From Flavobacteriales bacterium (GTDB lineage Bacteria > Bacteroidota > Bacteroidia > Flavobacteriales_F > PHOS-HE28): a stretch of DNA of 64,000 nt. Positions within the stretch are counted from its first letter, which is position 1, and each line of letters starts with the position of its first letter. Below are positions 19,520 through 30,263 of this stretch, one piece after another. The notes under the pieces were generated by a model that had not been told where the DNA came from, made no database searches, and was given only the letters and a program-made list of their open reading frames with translations. Both the position numbers and the translations under genes were made by a program. Location: assembly GCA_016704485.1 (NCBI GenBank), contig JADJAA010000002.1:945892-1009891 (forward strand), read 5' to 3'.

Positions 19520-19640
19520 TACCTACCACTCAATACTTCCACAAGTAGTACATCAGCTTCACGTACTCGTTGGTCACCATCAATAGTCTGTCAACGCTTT
19601 GCCACCAGCGGTTACTGTCGTAACGGTCGGAGTGAGCGGG
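19520..19640 (-). pseudogene. 3' fragment of a ydcF/DUF218-like gene (duplicate of the end of 40632..41276)
   Basis: About 120 bp, roughly 85-90% identical to 40632-40750. The minus strand encodes ..SDRYDSNRWWQSVDRLLMVTNEYVKLMYYLWKY-stop, compared with ..SDRYDSNRWWQSEDGLLMVNNEYVKLMYYLWKY-stop. It has no start and there is a stop immediately upstream. Confidence 0.6.
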
Positions 19641-19972
19641 GTTTCTTAAACGAAAGGTCTACTGAGATCCTGAAACGCGGTATTTCATTCATCAACGTAT
19701 AGTCAACAGTAATGCCTGCCGAGCCTCAGGCATACGCCAGGGAAGAGCACCACATAAAAGCGGACCCGATCCAAGGCACATACAATATCTCGTTGGATAA
19801 CCGCGCAGATCTTCGCATGCAATAGCATCAGGCGTGTTAATAGGACCATCAATCGGCTGGATACTATATTAGCTGGTAACCAACACACTACCGAACTGTA
19901 ACAAAAAACAATGACCTAGTTTTATGACACATATTGTTTGTTATTCGATCGAAACCAAATGAACAGATCCAA

Positions 19973-21934
19973 ATGAAAAAGCTACTTCTGCTGATCATTA
20001 TTTCCTTCTTAGGTCCATGCGTGAAAGCCCAAACGGATCTGGACTCTCTGTTGAACGTCTGGCAAGACGAAGCACAACACGACTCTGATCGAGTAAGTGC
20101 TTACAAGAGTTACATAAACGATGGTTTTCTGTTCTCGCACCCTGATACTGCATTCATTTTAGCACAGAACCTATTGCACTATGGTGAGGCCCATCAATAT
20201 GAAAAAGCGAGGGCGGTGGCATACAACGTTATGGGTGTTTCCGATCTTAATAGATCTGACTACCGTAGAGCCCTGAAATACTTTGAGCTTAGTTTGAAGA
20301 TCAGTGATAGCATCGGAGACAAAAAAGGCATTGGTGCGAGTATCGGGAACATCGGGAATATCTACAAAGAACAAGGGGCCTACCCGAAAGCACTTGACCA
20401 CTACCAGCGTAGTTTGAAGATCAGTAAGGAAATCGGGAATATACAAGGCAGTGCAGCAGCGATCAGCAACATTGGAAATATCTACTACTACCAAGGTGAC
20501 TTACCGAAAGCGCTGGACTATTACCAGCGCAGCCTGAAGATCTATGAAGAAACCGGGAATAAACAAGGCAGTGCGTACACCATACATAATATTGGGATCA
20601 TCTACTCTGAACAAGGGGACTCCCTCAAAGCACTGGACTATTATCAGCGCAGTTTGACGATCTGTGAAAATATAGGAAATGATAAAGCAACTGCAACCTC
20701 CTTAAGCAGTATTGCCAGTGTTTACGCAGCTCAAGGTGACTACCCCAAAGCGCTGGATCATTACCAACGTGGTTTGAACATTTGTGAAAAGATCGGAGAC
20801 AAATGGGGCCTTACGATAATCACAAGGGGCATTGGATATGTCCACAACGCAAAAAGGGACTACGCCAAAGCATTGGAATTCTGCAATAGATCTCTGGTTT
20901 CCAGCAAAGAAATTGGTGCACTTAAAGAAGAAAAACAGGCTTACGATTGCTTATACGCGACGTACAAAGCCATGGGCAAGAGCAACGAGGCCTTGGTGTA
21001 TTTAGAGAAATTACAGGCAATCGTTGACAGCTTGAATGCGGCAGAAACGACCAAAATACTCCAGCAGATGGAGTTTACCAAGCAGGTGTTAGCGGATAGC
21101 ATCGCCACAGCAGAAAAAGAGCGCCTCGTGGAAGATGCCCACAGAGAAGAGGTGAGAAAGCAGAACAGAACCCGCAATATGATGGCCGGAGGCGGGGTCA
21201 TGCTAATGGTCTTGGCTGGTGGCCTCTACGGTAGAGTGCGCTACATCAGAAGATCGAAAGCCGTTCTACAAGTTGAGAAGGATCGTTCAGAGAATCTCTT
21301 GCTCAACATTCTGCCTGCCGATATAGCAGCAGAACTCAAAGAAAAAGGCCGAGTGGATGCTCAGGACTTTGACCTGGTCAGCATTCTATTTACCGACTTC
21401 AAAGGCTTTACGGCCGCCAGCGAGAAGCTTAGCGCACAGGAATTAGTAGCCGAGATCAATTCCTGTTTTGAAGCCTTTGACGGCATTATGGGCAAGTACA
21501 CTATTGAGAAGATCAAGACCATTGGCGATGCATACATGGCCGCTGGCGGTTTGCCTGTTACTTCAGATGCATCCGTAAAGAACACCGTTCTAGCTGCGTT
21601 GGAAATGCAATTATTCATTGCTAAGCGCAAGGCGGATCGAGATGCCAAAGGACTACCCGCTTTCGAAATGCGCGTAGGGATCCACACAGGTCCCATTGTG
21701 GCAGGGATAGTTGGCGTCAGAAAATTCCAATACGACATATGGGGAGACACTGTGAACACAGCAAGTCGCATGGAAAGCAACGGCGAAATCGGCAAAGTGA
21801 ACATCAGTCAGACCACCTATGAATTGCTTAAAGCAGATCCTGAATTTGCGTTTGAATCCAGAGGCAAGATCGAGGCGAAAGGGAAAGGTGAATTGGACAT
21901 GTGGTTCGTGAGCTTGAAAGCAGAAAGAGCATAA
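19973..21934 (+). CDS. Membrane-anchored TPR-repeat class III adenylate/guanylate cyclase
   Basis: Signal/TM segment. About 8 TPR repeats (ALDYYQRSLKI..). A TM helix. C-terminal cyclase homology domain (FTDFKGFT, KTIGDAYMAAGG, WGDTVNTASRMES). Confidence 0.8.
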   Translation: MKKLLLLIIISFLGPCVKAQTDLDSLLNVWQDEAQHDSDRVSAYKSYINDGFLFSHPDTAFILAQNLLHYGEAHQYEKARAVAYNVMGVSDLNRSDYRRALKYFELSLKISDSIGDKKGIGASIGNIGNIYKEQGAYPKALDHYQRSLKISKEIGNIQGSAAAISNIGNIYYYQGDLPKALDYYQRSLKIYEETGNKQGSAYTIHNIGIIYSEQGDSLKALDYYQRSLTICENIGNDKATATSLSSIASVYAAQGDYPKALDHYQRGLNICEKIGDKWGLTIITRGIGYVHNAKRDYAKALEFCNRSLVSSKEIGALKEEKQAYDCLYATYKAMGKSNEALVYLEKLQAIVDSLNAAETTKILQQMEFTKQVLADSIATAEKERLVEDAHREEVRKQNRTRNMMAGGGVMLMVLAGGLYGRVRYIRRSKAVLQVEKDRSENLLLNILPADIAAELKEKGRVDAQDFDLVSILFTDFKGFTAASEKLSAQELVAEINSCFEAFDGIMGKYTIEKIKTIGDAYMAAGGLPVTSDASVKNTVLAALEMQLFIAKRKADRDAKGLPAFEMRVGIHTGPIVAGIVGVRKFQYDIWGDTVNTASRMESNGEIGKVNISQTTYELLKADPEFAFESRGKIEAKGKGELDMWFVSLKAERA

Positions 21935-22730
21935 CGTGGCATCCATATAGCCAATATTCAATAGCTGCTGGACGATGTTTATCATAACAAGTTATACCTT
22001 GTCAATACAGCGCAAAGAGCCAAAATGGATTCAAGGAATTCGACTACCACCCTTTCAGATCTGAAACAATTCAAAGATTGGGTCGTCGCAGGGATCAGTG
22101 AGGATATGATGAACCCTAAGAAAACGCTGGCCCTAAAAGACTTCTCGATCAATGTAAGACTAAAGCTTGCGGCATAGTGGACTGCTACTAGGTTCTTCTA
22201 TTTGTATGGAGATCATCCCGGATCATGCATTAGAAAACTTATTGCGACCTCAAACCCTTAGCCCACGGACTCCACCGTACGGCGGATACTTTTCGCTCAA
22301 TCTCCATAGCTATGCTATGATCCAATCGCGAAAAGTCCCATGGCCGTTGGGTTGGAACCCTCATCACGCTTCTCTAATGCATGATCTGGGATTATTTTGA
22401 GTTGTACACCTCTGACAAGTTGAACTGTCTAATCACTGGGGAGAATGTCCTGAACATCCGTACAGCGCTGTTCATTGCCTCTTTCATCATGGTCCTACCA
22501 CCATTAGTGATCGCACTCTCCCTACTGGTAAAGCTGTGATGAGCCTGAGGTCATACATTGTTATCGGATCACTATTCACCCTAATGATGTTGCTGATAGC
22601 CGTTGGAAGCCTTACGCTTTGGTATGGCTCATATACCATTTGGAAGTAGATCGGTAAAAAAAGGAGCTGAACGTGTTAGCAAACCGACCTGCATTTGTGC
22701 GTTAATGCTATTCGCAAATGGTCGTTAGCT

Positions 22731-22847
22731 TCAACAACCACCTAGCAGCATCCAAACGAGGAGAAAAACGATCACAGTCCCGAAACATCCGCCGCCCCAT
22801 TTGTAAGCAGCGCCGCCCGCAAGTAATCCTCTGAATATGTTATTCAT
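22731..22847 (-). CDS. Candidate small membrane protein (38 aa) with KWGGGC motif
   Basis: MNNIFRGLLAGGAAYKWGGGCFGTVIVFLLVWMLLGGC, an ATG-initiated small ORF below the 60-aa track cutoff. It has a Gly-rich amphipathic N-terminus followed by a TM helix. It lies in an otherwise ORF-poor 1.9-kb stretch. Confidence 0.3.
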   Translation of the reverse strand: MNNIFRGLLAGGAAYKWGGGCFGTVIVFLLVWMLLGGC

Positions 22848-23884
22848 GTGTAATTAGGTTTAGAATACTTCCTTGTCCAAAAAAAAGGCCAGAATTCAGG
22901 CGTCCAGTAGCGATATTAAGTGGACACAATATCTACCCTATTCCATTCGCTCGGCGTTAAGGCGTAGTCTTCAATAGTACTGATCAAACTGTATGCAACC
23001 TGAGGAATTCAGTGCACATTTTGGGGTATGGTCCCGCTCAACGGGTGATGCCGCTTTTGAACGAGGACCACCTGCGATCATCAGATCACCAAATTACTGA
23101 ACGATAACGACACGCAGAACAACATCGCGTGCTGGATAATGAGATCGGCGAATGATCTGCAATAGAACAAGGAGAATTTCAGATCAATAGAACATGAACA
23201 ATTCAGATCCAAAGAAGAAAAAACCTGAACCGATCCCGGGGCAGAAAAGAAATGCGGAAGAACAGCCTTCAGTACCTGCAGTACCTCCATCGGACACAGA
23301 AGCCGAGGCGGATCAGCAAGCTGACAAAGGCGCATTACCTAAGAGCGTTCAAGGAGACCACGGCGCACCCAAGCCTATTGTTAATCCTGGTCCAGAAGGA
23401 GACCAATAGACATCAAGCCATAGGTTGAGGTGGGTTCGGGTCATTCGGGTGGATCGGTGTTGGTGGATCCGGTTGACCGGTACTCGGCGGCACTTCTTGC
23501 GGTGGGCGCGTAGGAGTTCACGGAACTGGCTCACGGACAGGTTTTACAGGATCATAAGGCTCTATGATAGGTGAAGGTTGCTTACCTGATCCAACGTCTT
23601 TGTGGGTTAAGGTATTCTCCTCAATTCGGTTTTGCTTACTCTTCTTTAATACGAACACAAATACAAGAGTTGTCCCATTTGCTTTACCCTTCGTTCCAAA
23701 TTGATGCTATGCCAATCCTTTCATTTCCAATTATCCGACGGATGAGGGAGCAGCAGCATGGTAATTACACGGACCGACGCGTCCACTATAATAATTCGCA
23801 TCCGATCAGACATTACCTCCTGTGCTTCGAAAAGGGCATGATCCTGGAATGCCGACATTTACTTGAACTCGAACGATCGTATCC

Positions 23885-25099
23885 ATGAAACTTACTTCTG
23901 CCAACGCTTTCTGGGCGCTTTCAAATGGATTGAAGACCACCTATCCATCCGTTAATGAGGATATTGAAACCGATGTTGTTATCATAGGAGCTGGGATAAC
24001 CGGCGGTTTGATCGCCCATCAATGCGTATCGGATGGTCATCGTGTGGTTATTCTGGACAAACGTGAAGTCTGTCATGGAAGCACTTCAGCTACAACATCA
24101 TTGCTGCAATATGAGATCGATGTGCCCTTATTCAAGTTGATCGAAAAAGTAGGTGAAGAACATGCTATAGCAAGTTACAAGGCTTGTCATCGATCTATCG
24201 ACATAGTGGAGAAACTAGCCTTGGATCTGAGCAGGGACAGCGGATTCAAACGAAAATCATCGATCTACTTCTGTACCAAAAAAGGTCAGTTGAAGGCACT
24301 TCGAAAAGAATTCGAAGTGAGAAAGCACTACGGCTTTGAAGTAGAGTGGATAATGGGGAATGAGTTGCAGAATGAATATGGACTGAAAGGTGCTCTAGGC
24401 GCGATCAGGTCGGCACAAGGAGCAAGCGTGGATGCCTATACACTAGCCTACGACCTACTGGCTGCTTCAGTAGAAAAAGGACTGATCGTGCGCGACAACA
24501 CCGAAGTGACCAAAGTGGAACACGACCAGGATGCTGTAAAAGTCATAACCTGCGATGGCCATCGGTTGAAAGCCAAGAAGTTGATCTATTGCAATGGCTT
24601 CGAAAGCACGGAGATCCTGGGGCGCTCGTTCGTAAAGCTCTTATCTACTTACGCAACAGTTGGGGAGCAATTACCAGGACCAGAAACAGTTCTGGATGAT
24701 GTTCTCTTCTGGAATATGGCTGATCCATACATCTACGCGAGGGCAACGGACGATGGGCGGATGCTGATCGGTGGTGAGGATGAAGAATTCGTGGATCCTC
24801 AAAAACGTGATCGACGTATTCAAAAGAAAGCTGAGAAGCTTGAAAAGACCATGCATGAATTGTTTCCGAAAATGCCATACAAGGTCGACTTCGCATGGGC
24901 AGGCACATTCGGTGAAACCGAGGATGGCTGTCCGTTCATCGGTGAACACAAGGATCATCCTAACACGTATTGGGTGCTAGGCTTTGGAGGAAATGGTATC
25001 ACGTTCTCCACCATTGGTCGTGAAATGGTCTCGGCCTATTTGTCCGGCCAAGATCATCCAATGGATGAACCATGGGGATTCCCTGGTCGGTTCAAATGA
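23885..25099 (+). CDS. FAD-dependent oxidoreductase (DAO family)
   Basis: VVIIGAGITGG dinucleotide-binding motif at the N-terminus. 404 aa. Glycine/D-amino-acid oxidase-like layout. Confidence 0.7.
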   Translation: MKLTSANAFWALSNGLKTTYPSVNEDIETDVVIIGAGITGGLIAHQCVSDGHRVVILDKREVCHGSTSATTSLLQYEIDVPLFKLIEKVGEEHAIASYKACHRSIDIVEKLALDLSRDSGFKRKSSIYFCTKKGQLKALRKEFEVRKHYGFEVEWIMGNELQNEYGLKGALGAIRSAQGASVDAYTLAYDLLAASVEKGLIVRDNTEVTKVEHDQDAVKVITCDGHRLKAKKLIYCNGFESTEILGRSFVKLLSTYATVGEQLPGPETVLDDVLFWNMADPYIYARATDDGRMLIGGEDEEFVDPQKRDRRIQKKAEKLEKTMHELFPKMPYKVDFAWAGTFGETEDGCPFIGEHKDHPNTYWVLGFGGNGITFSTIGREMVSAYLSGQDHPMDEPWGFPGRFK

Positions 25100-25456
25100 G
25101 CGGTAAAAATGCAACCCGTAGGAACCGCGTTGCCGAAGCTTTGTAAGCGTGCCTGCGATCCTTGCGCTGACGGGCATAAGTCAACCATCACCTGCACATT
25201 TGACTGACCATCTGAGCCATTCGAGCGATGCTGTCAACGTCCAGCGCAACCAACCATTTTCACTGAAGCATTCTACGCGTTGAGTGATATTCTCCATCTG
25301 GGAACTGGAACAGAAATTCGAGTTCATTAGCACGGAGAATTCCCCAGAACCAAACTTAAAATGGGAAAAACTTCCCCAGAACGGTTCCTATCACATGCTC
25401 ATCGATAACGGTACATTAAATGCAACGTACAATTCGAACCAAAAAACCAAAACAAA

Positions 25457-25627
25457 ATGATCCGCTGGGTAATCACCTTTCTCGTTATCGCACTTATTGC
25501 AGCCTTTTTTGGCTTTGGAGGAATAGCCGCAGGAGCGGCTGAGATCGCGAAAGTGATCTTCTATCTATTCTTGGTCCTTTTTGTGATCTCGTTGATATTC
25601 GGAGGTCGTATCTGGCCGAAGAAGTAG
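25457..25627 (+). CDS. DUF1328/UPF0391 small membrane protein (56 aa)
   Basis: [50 protein letters not shown] matches the conserved DUF1328 pattern. Below the ORF-track cutoff. Confidence 0.7.
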   Translation: MIRWVITFLVIALIAAFFGFGGIAAGAAEIAKVIFYLFLVLFVISLIFGGRIWPKK

Positions 25628-26018
25628 TAGATGTTCCTAAAAAGAAGAATACCTGGATCGAACTGGTGCTGCTGGTTCAATTCAGGTATTTTTTTGACCC
25701 GATAAAACAAATTACCGGCGCGCTACCGTTGATCAGGTCCTCGTCGAATCATATACCACAGATCTTATTGGAATTGTGTTATCAACATCATGTTCCCTTG
25801 ATCTGGCATGATCTGAAATCACCGAACGAACCTAATTGCCGTTCAAAGCCCCACTAGACCTCAACAGTCCGGTTACGCAGTATTTCCTTGGAACCCATTA
25901 CCATATTCACGGAACAACTCGTTGCAGATGGAGTAGTACATTTCCAATTCAGCTTACCCGTTCAAGGTTGCATCCACGTGAGACCGCATCAGAATACCTG
26001 CTCAGATCACTGGGAATT

Positions 26019-26555
26019 TCATGATCTTGCCTGACCATGAGCCTCAACGAACCAGAGCCACTTATCGACACCACGGGATACTTCGGTGAATAGGTCAGCG
26101 GTATCGGCATCATCCATATCCTCCGCCTTATCGATCGCGTTCCGCACCTGTGTGCCGTATGCGGCCAATGCCTTCGTTACTGCCTCCACATGAGCTTCGC
26201 CAGTACTAATATCCCTTGGATACTCGGGTAGATCCGAACCTGCCACAGCTGCCCTTGCAGTTCCGTATACGGTGCCACCAAGCATCACCGCACGCTCTGC
26301 GATCTTATCAACGTATGCTTCTGTAGCTTCATAGATCTCATCGAACAGTTTATGAAGCCCAATGAAATTAGGTCCCTTCACATTCCAATGAGCTTGCTTC
26401 ATTTGTAAATTGAGGTCCACTGAATCCGCTAATCTATCGTTCAATAATTCAACGATCCCAACTCGCGTTTTCTTTGGTAGACCATTGGATGTATCATGCA
26501 TCTGCGTTTGTGCGGCTTTCACACGCTTTGTTCCTGTATTCTTCTTAGTTGCCAT
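26019..26555 (-). CDS. dps: Dps (DNA-binding ferritin-like protein)
   Basis: LNDRLADSVDLNLQMKQAHWNVKGPNFIGLHKLFDEIYE...MLGG. Ferroxidase-centre His/Asp/Glu are in typical spacing. The track ORF extends to 26669, but the Met at 26555 gives a typical 178-aa Dps. Confidence 0.8.
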   Translation of the reverse strand: MATKKNTGTKRVKAAQTQMHDTSNGLPKKTRVGIVELLNDRLADSVDLNLQMKQAHWNVKGPNFIGLHKLFDEIYEATEAYVDKIAERAVMLGGTVYGTARAAVAGSDLPEYPRDISTGEAHVEAVTKALAAYGTQVRNAIDKAEDMDDADTADLFTEVSRGVDKWLWFVEAHGQARS

Positions 26556-26966
26556 TTGTTCTTTGGTTTCATTTGGTTGTGGAATATCACGGTCCATCCC
26601 CGTGCCATATAGTTCACTGCTCGGCATATGCCGGATCCCAGTGGCTCCCTGTGATCCGGGTATGATCAATTGTGTAGATCACTACACGCTTCGTAATGCA
26701 ACTGTGGTACAAAATCCACGTTACTGTTCAATTAGTCTTGGTTCCACAAAGGAGCTTTGTCTGGGATCAATGAACTCCGATGGATCAGGACCATTGTCAC
26801 ATTCCTCTGTGATCAAGAAATAAATGGTAGGCGATGACCAAATACCATCAACGATGCTGTGATCATGATCATTGGGCCGCAAAGCACCATTGCCAGCAGT
26901 TAAATGTTCAACGTTTCGTAGACCTGGACATCAGGCTCAATTGTTGTTCATCCGCAAATCTCCTGA

Positions 26967-28745
26967 TCACGTTCCTTTAACGAAGATCTTCTCCGGAAAG
27001 CGCAACGTGAACTTAGAACCATCGCCAACTTTACTCTGCGCGGACATTGAAACTTCGTGGCTTTTAAGAATGCTGCGAGCAGTCGTTAACCCAAGGCCCA
27101 GCCCACCGGAGCGACCTGTATAGAATGGTTCAAAGAGCCGTTCCAGATTCTCTGGCGGAATACCTTTCCCATTGTCCGTAATGGCCAAATAAACAGCTTC
27201 GGGGTCGCGTGTAACAGTAAAGGAAAGCTCCCCTCTTTCCGGATCCATGGCCTCCACTGCGTTCGTACAAATATTGGTGATGGCCAAGTTGATCAACTCG
27301 CAATCGGCCATCACTTCCGGTAGATCCGGATCGATATGGATCCTGCTTTTCATCAACTTCAGATCCAGCCGGTCCTTGATCGCCTTAAGTGCGTTGTTCA
27401 CTATGTCGTCCATCTTGCACGGGATCAAGTTCAATTCCCGCTTCCTTGACGATTCCAACATTTCCTTGATCAATGTTCCAATGCGCTCCAAGTTGCGCTC
27501 AATGATCTGGAAGAAGTGCTTCACATCCTCATGATCCGCCTCCACTTCATCCTGCAATTGCTCGATCGCCAAATAAATGTTGGTCAAGGGATTTCTAACC
27601 TCATGTGCAACCGTGCGTGTTATCTGCGCTGTAAGCTCCAGACGGTCTGTCTCTACACTTGACTCTTGTAATCTTCTTTGTTCAGTGATATCCGTGAATG
27701 TCACCACAAAGCCATCCTCCATTTTCACGGCATGGATCCGGTACCAATTGTTCAAGCCCGAACCGTGGTAATGGATCTCACTCACGAACACATCATTTTC
27801 TTCAACCACTTTCACGTACGCATCGAACAATCCATTATCGTCGTGCTCGATCATTTCTTCCAAGAGGTGTTTGCCTACCAGGTCTGTTCGACCCAACATT
27901 TCATTGGCCACTCTATTCGAGGATAAGTACTCGAAATCAATGATGATATGCTCCTCATTTCGTAATGCTTTGAACGACATGATCCCATTCGGTGAAGTGT
28001 CCAACAATTTCTGGAGCATCCCTTGCAACTGGGTGCGGGTCAGGACCTCATCTGCCAGATCCCTGACATTCGCTCTAAGTTCTTTTCCCGCCACTGCCGT
28101 ATCACGCAAAGAGCGTGTAAGTCGCCAGAACAGAATGCTAGTGGCCACGATCGCAAGCAAGGAGAATACGATCAGCATGGCTGGCGCGGCAAATCCTACG
28201 GACTCCTCTATTTCCAATGCTGCATTGCGTTGCACAACCAATCGCTGGGATATACGCTCGTAAATGCTGCGCGTTCTATCCATTTCAACTTTATCCACTA
28301 GCAGTGGTAAAGTCTCAATGAGCGTATCGCGCTCGACTTGTAGATCCACCGAACGTATTCGTTGCGCCCAGAGTGCGGTCAATCGCAGTGCGGAGGCTCT
28401 TAGACTATCCAGATCTTTGCGGTCCTCAACATTCTTGAACAATTCATAGGAATCGTGCAAACAACGAATGTGATCCACCTTCGCCGCGCGGTAAGGTTCA
28501 AGAAATGAGGTGTTCGATGTGATCACGTAACCACGAACACCGGTTTCTTGGTCCCTCAATGCGGACATCACACCATCAAGCGCAACCTTCTTCGCGGTTT
28601 GACCTCTGATAACATGCACCGAATCCTGAAATCCGGAAATACTCTTGTATGTTGCATAGAGCAGCACGAGCATGAGAACGACCATCCCGAAGAACAAGAG
28701 CTTTGAGATACGCTGCTCTTCAGTAATTCGTCGCAGGTCATTCAT
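26967..28745 (-). CDS. Sensor histidine kinase with CHASE3-like periplasmic domain, PAS, HisKA and HATPase_c
   Basis: N-terminal TM. A CHASE3-like stretch (ALRDQETGVRGYVITSNTSFLEPY). A second TM. A PAS-like region. H-box (TVAHEVRNPL). G-box (GLGLGL). The ATG at 28745 is preferred over the upstream GTG at 28790. Confidence 0.75.
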   Translation of the reverse strand: MNDLRRITEEQRISKLLFFGMVVLMLVLLYATYKSISGFQDSVHVIRGQTAKKVALDGVMSALRDQETGVRGYVITSNTSFLEPYRAAKVDHIRCLHDSYELFKNVEDRKDLDSLRASALRLTALWAQRIRSVDLQVERDTLIETLPLLVDKVEMDRTRSIYERISQRLVVQRNAALEIEESVGFAAPAMLIVFSLLAIVATSILFWRLTRSLRDTAVAGKELRANVRDLADEVLTRTQLQGMLQKLLDTSPNGIMSFKALRNEEHIIIDFEYLSSNRVANEMLGRTDLVGKHLLEEMIEHDDNGLFDAYVKVVEENDVFVSEIHYHGSGLNNWYRIHAVKMEDGFVVTFTDITEQRRLQESSVETDRLELTAQITRTVAHEVRNPLTNIYLAIEQLQDEVEADHEDVKHFFQIIERNLERIGTLIKEMLESSRKRELNLIPCKMDDIVNNALKAIKDRLDLKLMKSRIHIDPDLPEVMADCELINLAITNICTNAVEAMDPERGELSFTVTRDPEAVYLAITDNGKGIPPENLERLFEPFYTGRSGGLGLGLTTARSILKSHEVSMSAQSKVGDGSKFTLRFPEKIFVKGT

Positions 28746-28847
28746 TGGAGCGCGGTTCCGGATACAACGGTGAGAACAACAATATTGCACGTGATACCCT
28801 GCTGAGATCCGAACAGCGGTTCATGTGCCACCAACCATCCACTTGGC

Positions 28848-30263
28848 TCACACATCCAGACCGAAGGCCTTCATCTTGTTATACAGGGTCTTCCTGTCTA
28901 TGTTCAGCAATTCCGCAGTACGGGATTTATTGAAGCCATTCCGTTCCAAGGCTTGAAGTATCGCCTCCTTCTCTGCTTGGTGCGCCACACGCCTTAAACC
29001 ATCATCCTCCGTGCTGGAACCGTTCGACGCATTTCCATTCGTAGCACTACCAGGACCAGCTAGAACCATTGCAGGCAAACAATCGCCGGAGATACGATCG
29101 TCCGTGCTCAACAACACTGCCCGCCTCACTACATTGCCTAATTCCCTAAGGTTTCCGGTCCATGAATGGGCCATAATGCGTTCCATTGCGTCCTCTTCGA
29201 ACCCTATCACTGATCTACCAAGTCGGTCATTTGCAAGTTCCACGAAATGTTGAGCGAACATTGCGATATCCTCCTTTCGCTCACGAAGCGGTAGGAGGTG
29301 GATCGTGAATTCCTGGATTCGATGGAGCAGGTCCTCACGGAATCGTCCTTCAGCAACTGCTTTATTCAGATCCTCATTCGTTGCTGCCAGAATGCGCACA
29401 TCCACATCGACATCCTTAGCGCCACCGATCCGCTTGATCTTGCGCTCCTGTAGAACACGTAATAGTTTGATCTGATTCTCATAGGTGAGGTTCCCTACCT
29501 CGTCCAGGAAAAGGGTTCCCCCACTCGCTTGTTCAAAGTTTCCGGCACGATCAGCAACCGCTCCGGTGAATGCACCCTTCGTATGGCCGAAAAGCTCGCT
29601 TCCCGCCAATTCCTTCGGCAATGCGCCGCAATCCACGGAAACGAACGGGCCCTTTGAACGCCGACTTTCTTCATGAATGCGTTTTGCCACGAACTCTTTA
29701 CCGGTACCGGTTTCGCCGGTGATCAGAACGGACATGTCGGTCGGTGAAACGAGAGCTATGTGCTTATCGATCAGTTTGGCTGAAGCACCCGTACCGTTCA
29801 CATACGTCCGATCACTTTTCTTCCTTGGAGCAACAGCTTTGTGTTGCCCGTCCACGGTGCTACTTGATCCTGACCTGGTCACTACCGCCAACGCATCTTG
29901 AACGCGCATCAACAATTCATCCGGATACAAGGGCTTGGCGATGTAGTCAAATGCACCTCTACGCATCAGATCAACTGCCAATCGAACATCTGAATAACCG
30001 GTGATTATGATCACTTGGATATCGGCGGAGATGCCACGGATATATTGGAGCATATCAACAGCATCCGTATCGGGCAAGCGATGATCACACAAGACCAGAT
30101 CGAACTTCGTATCCGATAATACTGACTTTGCTGTTGCTCCACGATGAGCTGTGGAAACCTGGAAGCCGGCTTTTGTAAGCAGGCGGCTGAGCAGTAAACA
30201 CAGATCTTGATCATCATCCACTACCAATACATTTTTCTTTTCCATAGTAGTAAGATCCATCAT
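28848..30263 (-). CDS. Sigma-54-dependent response regulator (NtrC family: REC + AAA+ + Fis-type HTH)
   Basis: REC domain (VVDDD, phospho-Asp context). Walker A GETGTGKE. GAFTGA sigma54-contact motif. C-terminal HTH (ELLNIDRKTLYNKMK). Confidence 0.85.
   Translation of the reverse strand: MMDLTTMEKKNVLVVDDDQDLCLLLSRLLTKAGFQVSTAHRGATAKSVLSDTKFDLVLCDHRLPDTDAVDMLQYIRGISADIQVIIITGYSDVRLAVDLMRRGAFDYIAKPLYPDELLMRVQDALAVVTRSGSSSTVDGQHKAVAPRKKSDRTYVNGTGASAKLIDKHIALVSPTDMSVLITGETGTGKEFVAKRIHEESRRSKGPFVSVDCGALPKELAGSELFGHTKGAFTGAVADRAGNFEQASGGTLFLDEVGNLTYENQIKLLRVLQERKIKRIGGAKDVDVDVRILAATNEDLNKAVAEGRFREDLLHRIQEFTIHLLPLRERKEDIAMFAQHFVELANDRLGRSVIGFEEDAMERIMAHSWTGNLRELGNVVRRAVLLSTDDRISGDCLPAMVLAGPGSATNGNASNGSSTEDDGLRRVAHQAEKEAILQALERNGFNKSRTAELLNIDRKTLYNKMKAFGLDV

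Noticed and set aside
22167-22400. 77-aa plus-strand ORF in the gene-poor stretch
   Set aside because: No start context, no hydrophobic or structured pattern, and a Pro/Leu-rich low-complexity translation.
23349-23534. Pro-rich reading frame on the minus strand (PPQEVPPSTGQPDPPTPIHPNDPNPP)
   Set aside because: That frame has no start codon after the preceding stop. The listed 61-aa ORF in the other frame is Arg/His-rich junk. This is likely non-coding.
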